A model generated the notes under the pieces. That model worked only from the letters and a program-made list of their open reading frames with translations. It was not told the origin of the DNA and searched no databases. A stretch of DNA of 36,087 nt from Octopus bimaculoides (taxonomy: Eukaryota). The position numbers and the translations under genes were made by a program. Positions 1 to 10,540 of this stretch are shown in pieces; position 1 is the first letter of the stretch; the number at the start of each line of letters is the position of its first letter. The stretch spans positions 88,703,965 to 88,740,051 of the forward strand of contig NC_068982.1 of the NCBI RefSeq assembly GCF_001194135.2, in the 5' to 3' direction.

Positions 1-195
1 ATAATGTATTCAGGGCATATGAGCGTGCGTGCTCGCATGTGTCTACTGACAGTTTTCCTTATCAAACTAAGAATGAAATGTATATTCATCTCATTCGGCA
101 CAATATACAGACACGTGCACATACGTATATACATATACACATATAAATAAATACACACACACACACACATATATATAAATCATATGCACACAACT

Positions 196-217
196 TGTGC
201 GTGTATGTGTGTGCGTG

Positions 218-255
<38 letters not shown>

Positions 256-267
256 TTTGTGTGTGCG
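196..267. repeat. Imperfect (TG)n microsatellite
   Basis: Direct reading of the sequence. Confidence 0.95.
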
Positions 268-1533
268 TAGACTTTGAGACCAACTTTCAAAATTCCTAGT
301 AGTTGGATAACGACCAGGCCTGTATAGCTGAATAATGAGGCCTATTCCACGCAAAAGATATTTACTTCATATCATTAACGCACCTGTAACTATTTCTCAG
401 TCGGCAACACTTATGGAGACGATTGAGATGCTACAGTGTCACAATCACAATTATTTGTATCGTGAAGGAGCACAACTATTATTTGAATTTAGGAATACTC
501 TGAACTCTAAGCAAAAATGTATATAAAATCTATTGCTGACAGTACTCCTCTATTGTGTTTCGGCCAAGCTGATCGCACCTTACTTTTTTTGAGAATGAAG
601 CAATTTTTCACACAATCTATTTAGCAGTTTTTAAAGAATGTTGTATACGAACTCTTAAACAATCCAGATGATATAGTTGAACCTATTTCCAATAGAATCG
701 AAATAGACCGCACTGAAGATGGCAAGTGATGTGGGAGGCGATGTAATGCAGGCATGAAATATAAAATGCTTGCTCCAGTATTATATTTCTGACGGGCAAG
801 AATCCTTGCTTGTGTGAATTTGTATTTCCGAGGTAAAATACAAATAAGAGTTTAAAAGAAAATGGTCCAAAATATTAATGAAGTGATAGCATTTATTGTG
901 AAAGGATTATCCCAGTTCCTCAGTCAATTCTTTGCTATAATATAAAGATTTCCTGTGTGTAATGAAGCTGAAAATGAGTATTTCTAGCATAAATTATCAA
1001 TATACCATGTTTGCCAATCATTTCCTTTGTTCCAAAATTTTTTTATGTCTCATTGTCTAATTATAATTATCAAAACATTGGAGGCATTAATAATGAATAA
1101 TAAGCAAAATACACAAATCAAAATAATCATAGATAGAATAATGAACAAGAATGATAGCGGATTTCAGTAGTGATGTTAGTAATGATGATGAAAGGTCAAA
1201 TACAAATATAAATGGAATAAAAATCCATAATGTGTACAATACAAAAAGAATAAACATAAAAATAACAGAAAACTAGTAAGGATATGAATAACTATATAAA
1301 ATTACAAATATATCAAATAATCTAAGATAGAAATAAAGCAATGACTTTGATGATAGGAAATCTGATATCATAATAAAAAAAATAATCAAAGTGATGAGAG
1401 TGTCTCGGGGGATAATGGCTCTTTATATGGTTGAGAAATATAACTTTGAGTGTCACACCTACAAACATGGACAGGCATACGTTCGTAAGTGTATGTTTTT
1501 ATGTGAGACTGCGCATGCTCAGTAATGACATGA

Positions 1534-1534
<1 letters not shown>

Positions 1535-1563
<29 letters not shown>
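1535..1563. repeat. (TG)n microsatellite
   Basis: Direct reading; sits immediately before a SINE head. Confidence 0.95.
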
Positions 1564-1565
<2 letters not shown>

Positions 1566-1730
1566 GCGAAGACGTGCCTGGGTGGTAAGCAGTATGCTTC
1601 CCAACCGCATGGTTCTAGGTTCAGTCCCATGGCGTGGAACCCTGTACAAGTGTCTTCAACTAGAACTTCGGGATGACCAAAGCCCTGTTAGTAGAGTTGA
1701 TACAAGGAAACTGAAAGAAGCCAATTCTCG
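1566..1730 (+). mobile_element. SINE family A, 5' half (diverged)
   Basis: Colinear with 27756-27920 (gtggtaag...ggttcagtccca...caagtgtcttc...gaccaaagcc...ggaaactgaaagaagcc). Confidence 0.85.
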
Positions 1731-2037
1731 TCCAATTTCTTTTGTCATTCTGCCGTTTTCTTTTGATTATTCCTATAAAAAAGTCAATTGATGTGAATGT
1801 GGAGGGCATCCTACTGAACATCTTCCTCCAATTCACCTCTTTAGCAAAATCTCATAAAGGTAGGTTAAACTATTACTATCTCCTTACTAGAAATAAAACT
1901 TCATATCTTCAAAGTCTTTCTAGATGCTTGGCATGACAAATTATCGCAGCAAGTTCAAGTAAAAGAAACCTGTCACAGTGCCATCAAAAACAATGATCCA
2001 GCTGCTTGGTCCATCGTGTAATAATAAAACATTTTTG

Positions 2038-2152
2038 TTTGCCTTTCATCTTTAGGGTCGAAAAAATAACTACCACTTAATCAGTGGGAGTGATGTAATC
2101 GACTTACCTTTCCCTTAACATTGTTGGTCTTGGGCCATAATATTTAATCAAT
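2038..2152 (+). mobile_element. SINE family B, 3' fragment
   Basis: gcctttcatc...gggtcga...gatgtaatcgact...aatcaata matches the family B copies at 2466-2621 (minus) and 2649-2810. Confidence 0.75.
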
Positions 2153-2199
2153 ATAATAAAATAGTGGGTAATTAGATTAAGCTGACTGCAGAATTCATA

Positions 2200-2317
2200 T
2201 GGTATTTATTTTAACGACTCTGAAAGGTAAAGTCAACCTTGGCGGAATTTGAAACCGTAACTTAAAGACGTACAAAAGACGCTAAGCATTTTGCTCGATG
2301 TGCTAACGAATCTGCCA
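2200..2317 (-). mobile_element. SINE family B, 5' head and body
   Basis: Reverse complement reads tggcagattcgttagcac...atgcttagc...ttcaaattccgccaaggttgacttt, with A-box and B-box-like motifs. Confidence 0.8.
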
Positions 2318-2371
2318 TATCAATGATTTAGTACAGAGTGTAGTATGTTACTAATATTATTGATAAGATAA

Positions 2372-2465
2372 GGCGATGAGGTGGCAGATTCGTTACCACG
2401 TCGGACAAAATGCTTACCAGCACTAACTGACTGGCTTTATGCCAAAATTTGAAATCAATATTATT
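2372..2465 (+). mobile_element. SINE family B, internally deleted copy
   Basis: Head ggcgatgaggtggcagattcgttaccac joined to a tail-like ctggctttatgccaaaatttgaaatcaata (compare the minus-strand tail near 11845-11870). Confidence 0.65.
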
Positions 2466-2621
2466 CTTTTCTACTTTAAGCATAAGGCCCGAAGTTTTGG
2501 GGGAGGGGGCCAGTCGATTAGATCGACCCCCTTACTGGTACTTAATTTATCGATCCGAGTTGATGAAAGGCAAATCGACCACGGCGGAATTTGAACTAAG
2601 AAAGTAAAGACAGATGAAATA
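2466..2621 (-). mobile_element. SINE family B, 5'-truncated, with 17-bp target-site duplication
   Basis: Family B body on the minus strand; identical ttgaaatcaatattatt at 2449-2465 and 2622-2638. Confidence 0.9.
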
Positions 2622-2648
2622 TTGAAATCAATATTATTTACTATTGTG

Positions 2649-2810
2649 TTCTGCCGAGGTTGACCTCACCTTTCTTCCCTTCGGGTTGATAAACATAAGT
2701 AGTAGTTGAGTACTGGGGTCGATGCAATCGACTGTCACCTTCCCCTCCAAAATCCAGGCCGTGTGCCTATTGTAGAAAGGATAATAATAATAATAATAAT
2801 AATAATAATT
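2649..2810 (+). mobile_element. SINE family B, 3' part with (AAT)n tail
   Basis: ttctgccgaggttgacc...tactggggtcgatgcaatcgact...ggccgtgtgcctattgtagaaagg followed by (AAT)n. Confidence 0.85.
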
Positions 2811-2883
2811 ATTATTATTATTAAATTCAAATTATGCTTTTTTAGAAGCATTGAGATGTCTTAGAAAGTTAAAAAAGTGTAGG

Positions 2884-2960
2884 TGGCTTGCAGTGGACTC
2901 GAACTCACATCCCCATGATTACGCGTCACGCTGCTTTGACCGATTAAGCTAAACTATCCC
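2884..2960 (-). pseudogene. Decayed tRNA-like sequence (anticodon position reads CGT, Thr-like) or isolated SINE head
   Basis: Minus strand has a D arm GCTT/AAGC with A box TAGCTTAATCGG, anticodon stem CGTGA/TCATG with a 7-nt loop CGCGTAA, and B box GAGTTCGAGTCC. T6 follows 7 nt downstream (A6 at 2871-2876). The acceptor stem pairs poorly, position 33 is G, and the T stem lacks one base. Confidence 0.6.
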
Positions 2961-3015
2961 ACTACAAATTCCTCTGCAAAGTTAAGATGTATTATTATTA
3001 TTATTATTATTGCAA

Positions 3016-3057
3016 GGCGACGAGCTGGCAGAATCGTTAGCATATATGCACAAAATG
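3016..3057 (+). mobile_element. SINE family B head, truncated by a mariner
   Basis: ggcgacgagctggcagaatcgttagca, preceded by (TTA)n. Confidence 0.75.
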
Positions 3058-3060
3058 ATA

Positions 3061-3902
3061 TCAAAAAGTTCCCGAACTAGTCCTGTCGCGCGCCAGCAGA
3101 TCGCAGCGCCCGCAGTTAGAGCTAGCAGTGACGTCCATGATGTAGTGTTCCAAGTGACATCGCTCGGTTTACTTTGAAAGTTGTGAAATTTATGTTTTGT
3201 GATCACATGTATGCAGTAGTCTGCGATTTTGTCATGGACAAGAACGAAGAGCCAACGTGAAATTTTGCATTGAACTTGGGAAGGCTGCTGCAGAGACATT
3301 GAGCATGCTTCGGCAAGCTTACAGCGACGAAGCAATGGGTCATATGCAATGTTTCGAGTGGCACAGTCGCTTCAAAAGTGGAAGAACCTCCATGTAAGAC
3401 GATGTTACTCCCGGAAATATAGTTTTGTGCATCGAGAATTCGACCCCAGGGCCAGACCGTCAATCGAAAGTCATACTGCGACGTTTTAAAGATATTAGGT
3501 GGACATTTTGTAGAAGCGAGCGGATGTGTGGAGCGTGAAGAATCGGATTCATCACAACGGCAATGTACCCTATCACCGAACTCTCCTCACTCGTGAGTTT
3601 CCGCACCCACCCTTTTCGCCAGGTTTATTACGTACAGACTTCCATCTCTTTTTCAAGATAAAAATGCAACTGAAACGTCACCGTTTTAACAGCGCTGCCG
3701 AGGTGCAGAGCAAATCGCAGAAGAACCTCGATTCGCTTACGGAAAACGACTTCCAGTCCGAATACGGAAAGTGGCAGGAACGCTGGGAATGGTGAATTGC
3801 TGCACATGGCGACAATTTCGAAGGTAAGAATGTTAAAACTTAGATAAATAAGTTATTTTTAACAGACAGAAGTAGCCCGAGAACCTTTTTGAAACCACCT
3901 CG
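3061..3902 (+). mobile_element. Mariner (DD34D-type) transposon relic, internally deleted
   Basis: N-terminal HTH ERRANVKFCIELGKAAAETLSMLRQAY...CFEWHSRFKSGRTS*DD (3242-3404). C-terminal PHPPFSPGLLRTDFHLF...WQERWEW*IAAHGDNFEG is a degraded YSPDLAP region. Left TIR remnant tcaaaaagttcccg matches the right TIR (3871-3902). Contains stops and frameshifts. Confidence 0.9.
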
Positions 3903-3904
3903 TC

Positions 3905-3938
3905 TATATATATATGTGTGTGTGTGTGTGTATGTGTA

Positions 3939-4000
<62 letters not shown>
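3905..4000. repeat. (TA)n/(TG)n microsatellite
   Basis: Direct reading; separates two transposons. Confidence 0.95.
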
Positions 4001-5257
4001 CAGGGTGCGATGGGTAAACTGTCGCCAATTTATATTTCTACTTTCACGCATGTGATTTAGATTTATCGACTACACAGTCTAGTGGGGTCAGTTAGACACC
4101 GATTGTGACAAAAACAGCATCATGGCGCAATTCATTGTGCTAGAAATTTGGGAAAGATATATTGTACTGTTTGGCATTTGCACCGGAAGCTCTAAGACGA
4201 AAATTTCAGAATGTTTGGGTGTCAATCTGAGGACAGTGCAGAGAATTCGGAAGAGTTGAATGAATGTAATGATAATTACGAAGGTACGGCAGCTCGGAAA
4301 ACTCACTCTGATCGTTCTAATAAGAACAGAATTCTTGAAATTGTTGGTGAGATGCAGATCATGATTGACAACGATCCCTCCAAGTTAGCTTCATCGTCAG
4401 ATACATGGGAGTGCTTGAGTTTCTTATCAGGCAGTTGTTGCATGAAGACATTCGGTATTCCTCATACCAGATGAGAAAGGGCCATCAAGTGCAAGAGGAA
4501 AGACCGCGCTAGGAAGCTTTTGCAGAAGCTCAATCATCCCCTCCAACTGAACATGCATTGTTTTTTGTCAGACGAGAAACATTTCTGCCTGGATCAGATG
4601 GTAAACACACGGAACAACCGTTGGCTTACTGTGTCCCAAAAACATGTACGAATAGTGATAAAAATCAAACATCCAGTCAACATCATGGTGTTTGGAGTGA
4701 TCACTAGTGATGAGGACTCTATTTAACTTCCCACACGAAATCAGACTCGACACGGAGGCCTACAACATGTGCCTGAAGCAGGTAGTGCTGCCCTGGGTCA
4801 AGGGGGCGTCTGCTGGGAGACTCTGCTGGGCGACAGGACCCTACCCTATGCTACACAAGCAGAAGAACCTAGTCATAGCTGTCAGACAGTTCCTGTGACT
4901 ACATATCCCCTAACATCTGGCCACCTAACTCCCCAGATTGCACCCCCTTCATTATTATGTGTGGAGCGCAGTTGAGCGGGAGGCCAACAAAAACCCTTGT
5001 AACACCAAAAATGTACTGAAAGCAATGCTTATAGCAGCATTCATGATCTTAAACAAAGAGACCGTCGAGAAGAGTTACAGGAGATTACGAAGTAATCTGG
5101 AGGTTATAGTTGAAGCCAATGGCGATTTTATTGAATAAATTTCCTCTTTGTTATTTCAAGATATTTTATGTGATTTTGGTAAATGTATCTGTCAAAATGA
5201 GATATCAGTGTTATTTTCTTTTTTGTGTAATTTATACAATTTATTCACCGCACCCTG
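4001..5257 (+). mobile_element. maT/DD37D (Tc1/mariner superfamily) transposon, full length, inactivated
   Basis: TIRs CAGGGTGCGATGGGTAAACTG (4001) and CAATTTATTCACCGCACCCTG (ends 5257), with TA on both sides. Motifs FLSDEK, QD...WPPNSPDC-PL(H)YYVWS and EANGDFIE*. There are 37 codons from D2 to the D3 position once a 1-nt deletion near 4942 is restored. Confidence 0.92.
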
Positions 5258-5504
5258 TATAAAAAGAAAATATTATTAAAATTAATATTAACATTTCCGA
5301 AAAATATGTTAACACAATGTTCTGAGGGCAATCCAAGATTAGTGAGATGATTCGAATTGAACATATTACATATTACATATTACCAGTACACATAAATATT
5401 AAATATTTCATATGTTCAGATTCGAATTACATTAACTTTAGATTCCCTTCATAACATTATGGTAACATATTTTTTCTGTAACATTAATATTAATTCTAAT
5501 ATTT

Positions 5505-5638
5505 TATATATATGCATATGTATGTATGCATGTATGTGTGTATGTATATATGTATGTATGTATGTATGCATGTATAAATACATATATATATATATATATA
5601 CATACATATATATATATATACATATATATATGTATATA
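5505..5638. repeat. (TATG)n/(TA)n compound microsatellite running into a gap
   Basis: Direct reading. Confidence 0.9.
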
Positions 5639-5840
5639 NNNNNNNNNNNNNNNNNNNNNNNNNNNNNNNNNNNNNNNNNNNNNNNNNNNNNNNNNNNNNN
5701 NNNNNNNNNNNNNNNNNNNNNNNNNNNNNNNNNNNNNNNNNNNNNNNNNNNNNNNNNNNNNNNNNNNNNNNNNNNNNNNNNNNNNNNNNNNNNNNNNNNN
5801 NNNNNNNNNNNNNNNNNNNNNNNATATGCGTGTATATATA

Positions 5841-7040
5841 CAGGGGCTGGACAAAATAATGGAAACACCCAGCATCATAGCATCATTATTTTAAAACAGT
5901 CAAAAGTCTGTTTATGTTTATGTTTTTTTTTATTATTATTAGTGTTGCTTAATATGTTTTGTTAAATTGCTGTTTGTTTTCAGATATCACCAGAAAATGG
6001 TAATTAAAATTCATTAAAATGACAGATCTATCGGACTTTCAAAAAGGTTAAATTGTTGGTGCTCGTATGGCAGGCACTAGTTAACGAAATGTTTGGTGTA
6101 TCATGAAGTACTGTCTCGAAAGTAAACACAGCCTTAGAGAAAGAGGGAAAAAATCCTCCTCGTCGAAAAAAAACTCTGGAAGAAAACAAAAACTTTCTAA
6201 TAGGGAACGTCGGACTCTTAAGTGAATTGTTAGAAAGAATCATATACGTACAGCTCCAAAAATTATTGCAGAACTTAATGACCACCTCGAGAACCCATTT
6301 TTCACAAAACACTTTTTGCCGGGAGCTGCACAAAGCCGGATTTTACGAGAGGGCTGTAATCAGAAAACCACTACTTCCAAAAACAAACGTTGCAAGGCGT
6401 TTAGAGTGGAATAAAAACCTACAGAGTTGGTCCCTAGAGCAGTGGAAGAATGCTGTTCTCGGACGAGTCATCCTTTAACATATTTCTGACCACCGACTAA
6501 GTGTACGTATGGAGACAGCCAAAGAAAAATTTGACCAAGACTACCTTCTTCCAACTGTTAAACATGGAGGAGGATCTCGAATGATCTGTGGGTCTATGTC
6601 TTGGAAATCCCCTGGCCCAATGGTTTCCCTTCATGGCAGAAGTAATAGTCAATACTATTTAAGCATTTTATCTGATCAAATTCATCCTATGGTTACGAAA
6701 CTGTTTTCGTATGGAAACGCAATCTTTTAGGAGGGTAATGCACCAATTCACACAGCTTACGTTGTTACTGAATGGCACGAGGAGCATTCTCGTGAAGTTA
6801 AACATCTTATCTGGCCACCACAGTCCCCAGATCTCAATATTATTGAACATTTATGGTGCATTTTAGAAAAACAAGTAAGGAATCAATATCCTTCACCACC
6901 ATCACTACAAAAGCTGGAGACTGCTTTAGCTGAAGAATGGACAAAATACCTTTGGAAACAATTCAAACTTTGTACAAGTCCATACCGCGTAGAATTCAAG
7001 CTTTAATTACTGCCAAAGGTAGTCCTACGCTATATCAAAA
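5841..7040 (+). mobile_element. Tc1-like transposon relic with DD36E spacing; right TIR not seen
   Basis: TA followed by CAGGGGCTGGACAAAATAATGGAAACACC. Reading MTDLSDFQKG...RELHKAGF...RKPLL...LPTVKHGGGS...F*EGNAPIHTA...WPPQSPDLNIIEHLW...TAKGSPT. 36 residues counted between the degraded second D (G in *EGNAP) and E. Confidence 0.9.
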
Positions 7041-7393
7041 ATGGAAGACGGAAATGAGGTCATGAATGGCGGAAGATACAGTCTGTTGGTAGTTAGGTGT
7101 GGGGTTGTAGGGCAGGATGAAATAGAAGGAGGTCTCTTGAATTTGGCGGAGCGCTTCACTCTTATAATGGTCTGCGCGCCATACCATTACAGCTCCACCC
7201 TTCTCGGCCGGTTTGATGATAATATCTTAGCGGTATCGAGACATCGAAAGGCCGAGATTTCGGCGGGAAAGATGTCGGGGACGCCCATGTAAGATGTACC
7301 GGTGCACAACGCCTTGACAAATGCTTGCAAAATGATGAACTGCTTGTAACTAAAAATGGAAACGGCGGGAGAAAAATGTGTAGGGATTTACGG
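7041..7393 (-). mobile_element. Penelope-like element fragment, RT N-terminal DKG region
   Basis: Minus strand reads DIIIKPAEKGGAVMVWRADHYKSEALRQIQETSFY...TPNYQQTVSSAIHDLIS, matching the PLE IIKPADKG motif (7195-7226). Confidence 0.8.
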
Positions 7394-7659
7394 NNNNNNN
7401 NNNNNNNNNNNNNNNNNNNNNNNNNNNNNNNNNNNNNNNNNNNNNNNNNNNNNNNNNNNNNNNNNNNNNNNNNNNNNNNNNNNNNNNNNNNNNNNNNNNN
7501 NNNNNNNNNNNNNNNNNNNNNNNNNNNNNNNNNNNNNNNNNNNNNNNNNNNNNNNNNNNNNNNNNNNNNNNNNNNNNNNNNNNNNNNNNNNNNNNNNNNN
7601 NNNNNNNNNNNNNNNNNNNNNNNNNNNNNNNNNNNNNNNNNNNNNNNNNNNNNNNNNNN

Positions 7660-7695
<36 letters not shown>

Positions 7696-7716
7696 CACCA
7701 TCCCAAACATTTATTT

Positions 7717-8440
7717 ATTATAGCTATATCTGAACTGTCGATGGTGATGTACTGTTTGGCGAAATCTAATGCTTTAAGAAGTAGAGGTCTGGGTATTGTC
7801 GGGTAAGGTCAACAATATTGAACTGCGTAAATTTGCAGTTACTTTTATGGATAATGCCCTTGAACCAATTTGTACAACGAACTTACCTTTACCCCAAATT
7901 CATAAATCTAATTACCTATCTAACTTGTTTAAACTAGAATCTAAGATATTCATACTAATAATACTTATTTATGTTTTTGCTGGTTTAATTAGTCTACATT
8001 TAGGGCTTCTACTAAAATTGGCTTTGTAGTCCTTAAGCGTAATAAAGGGTTGACATGGGGGAAGGTATTATGTCCTATCACTAACTTTAAGATTAGTAGC
8101 GATCCTTCTTAGTTCGATATTCATCTCTTTATATGATTTAGTATTGGCTTGAATGTAATGCTATTAGAAAGAACTCGTTTGTAAAGATGTTTTTCAACTA
8201 CATATATGTTTTTAGGTTTGTCGGATTTCACGAAAATCGTTTCTGAATTCTTTGTTTCCAATTTTTCGTCCATAGTTCTCTGGAACGAATTGCTGATTTT
8301 ACGGAATGTTATCCTTCTAATGAGTTCTAAAAGGTCTTTTTCAAAAGCTTCTAATTCTAAAATAGGTGTTAGTTTTTTTTAGTAGATTTAAGTTCATATT
8401 TGTTTACGTTATTCTGCTGCTGTTTCATGTCAAAGAAATA
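7717..8440 (-). mobile_element. Penelope-like element RT fragment, second clade (DK[T/P] type)
   Basis: Minus strand reads LELEAFEKDLLELI...IFVKSDKPKNIY...TLKDYKANFSRSPKCRLIKPAKT*IS...NWFKGIIHKSNCKFTQFNIVD...LLLKALDFAKQYITI. Many stops. Confidence 0.85.
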
Positions 8441-8454
8441 TACCCATTGTATCA

Positions 8455-8640
8455 TTCTTCGGATAAAGTCTTACACACACACGTACACACACATACAAAC
8501 ACATGTATGTAAATATACACACACACTAACATAATGATACACATACCCACATATACATATATACAGGCATACTTACAAGCACACATACATATATATAGAC
8601 ATGGTGTTGCATCTGCATAAATATATTCACAATGCGAAAT
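8455..8640. repeat. Degenerate (CA)/(TA) low-complexity tract
   Basis: Direct reading. Confidence 0.75.
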
Positions 8641-8839
8641 ACATAAATATGAACATATTAACATATATTTCTCTGTTTGATTCCAACCACAGAAGCTACG
8701 GGTACTCATTAAGGCTTCTTATAACTTACTAATAATTTGTATTAATGTCATCAACTGGAAGAATTCATAGGTTTATAGTCAGTGCTGTGAACTAATTAAA
8801 GGATAGAACATTATGTTTCTGCTTATATTTGTTAAGAAA

Positions 8840-10300
8840 ATATATTACTTTATTATTCCGCTGCTACCCCGTCGATATATCACTACAACAATTGAATGGG
8901 AAGACTGAATAGTTAGGAAAGCCCTGTCGTCTATAAATGTCTATATCTTTACTCGGGGTATCTTTCTCGCTAATGAATCCCTGTTTACCCTATGCTTTCT
9001 GTCTTGTTCCTCGCTCCCTTGTTGTCATTGCCTCCGACAAGGCCAACACTTATGCAGATGATAAAGTGTTTCGTACACCAACCACAACGAAAGGTTTTGC
9101 TGATATTTAGGGCAACAATATTGTTTTCATCAAATTTCTCTAAGGCAAGAACCCTCGGAGGAATGATACAGTAGAAAATCCCAATTACCTTTGAGATATT
9201 AGAAGTTGGCAAGTTGTCCTTTTTGGTAACAGAAAACACTGAAGTTGTTTCTAAAGGTCGGGGTATATCTTTGTAGGAATGGGAAGATTCAACTGTTTGC
9301 AGAGAGTCAGGTGAAGTTCTATGGCGCAATGATTGAATTATTGAATACGAGGGAAAGTGTATAGCCAGAGACACGTACCTTTTTTTCTTTGGAGCAACCA
9401 GAGATATTTTTAAACTCGGTATTATTTCATGCAGAGCTGTGAGCCTGGAGGGGCGGATGTTGATACATGCATTGTGGATATGCCATGAGTATGTCATGTA
9501 TAGCTCAATACTCAGTGGGTCTGAAAGCAGACGCTTCCTATATAGAAATACTGCTCACCGGACCCGTCATTCTTGAGAAATAGATGATAGAATTCGTGGA
9601 GTTAGTAGAGATTATTTTAGTTAGTGTTCAAAATGCTCGGTTGTACTTTTCCATGGTAGGAAAGCTTGAGGATTCTGGGTGGGAACATTTGAGAGTCCAG
9701 ATAACCGCCTTGTAAAAGTTCCGTTGTGTGGTAAATATTGCTCAAATTTTTTAGAGTGCCTGAGATTCTCCAGGTGTTTTGGGATTTGTTTTTAATCAGA
9801 AAACCTGCAGCGTAGTTATGAGTGAACTTCTTGGGTGACTTGGTACATTGAGATTTTATTATGAGATAAAGAGTGACAAGCCTAAAAAGAATGTTTCAGT
9901 CATAATCGTGAGGATTCTTGTGTATCTTCTATGGATCATCAATGCTACAAGGGATAATTGGCATAAACCTATTAGAGTACGTAACAGGCGGCTAATTTGA
10001 AGTGGCACATGATGTCATGAAATTTGTGTTGAATTTTGGGTAGTTGGTGTAGAAATAAGCGGTCGGATGGCACAACATTGTTAGAGACAGTAAGGTTGAC
10101 GACTTTAACCTTGTAGAAAGTATTCAATTCCCGGATGCAATAAGAAACCTAAATGGTTACAGCTAGAGATCTGTCAATCAATTTTTTGATCGGGCATGGG
10201 TTGGAACTAGAAAAATACACGTTTAGGAAATGACTTAACTATCTCTTCTAACCTGTTGTATCGATATATACCCTTGATGTAATTCGGAAACGAATATGAC
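8840..10300 (-). mobile_element. Heavily decayed non-LTR retrotransposon (CR1/L2-like), endonuclease C-terminus to RT
   Basis: Minus strand has TTSVFSVTKKD (RT domain 1-like), NIVALNISKTF (VALDISKAF-like) and TFIDD at 8926-8940 (YADD-like). The upstream part only weakly resembles an APE domain. Confidence 0.7.
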
Positions 10301-10437
10301 TTAATAATATATACTATACGTTTGCTTGTTGATTTACGTGTCTATGTAGTTACAAGCAGACAAAAACACCTTTTTAGTTCTATTTACCTTCAACCAGAGA
10401 AACAGCCAGGATATGATAGCTGGAGAAAGAGAGTTGG

Positions 10438-10540
10438 AGAGAGAGAGAGGGAGAGAGAGAGAGAGAGAGATAGAGAGAGAGAGAGNNNNNNNNNNAGAGA
10501 GAGCGAGAGAGAGAGCGAGAGAGAGAGCGAGAGAGAGAGC
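10438..10540. repeat. (GA)n microsatellite with a short gap
   Basis: Direct reading. Confidence 0.95.

Noticed and set aside
335-850. Moderately complex stretch with a 63-aa ORF and TM-like minus-strand peptides
   Set aside because: No recognisable motif and stops in the frames I read. A BLASTX search would be needed.
7717-8440. In-frame TGA codons in the Naiad-like RT as possible selenocysteine
   Set aside because: TAA/TAG stops and frameshifts are also present, so decay explains them.
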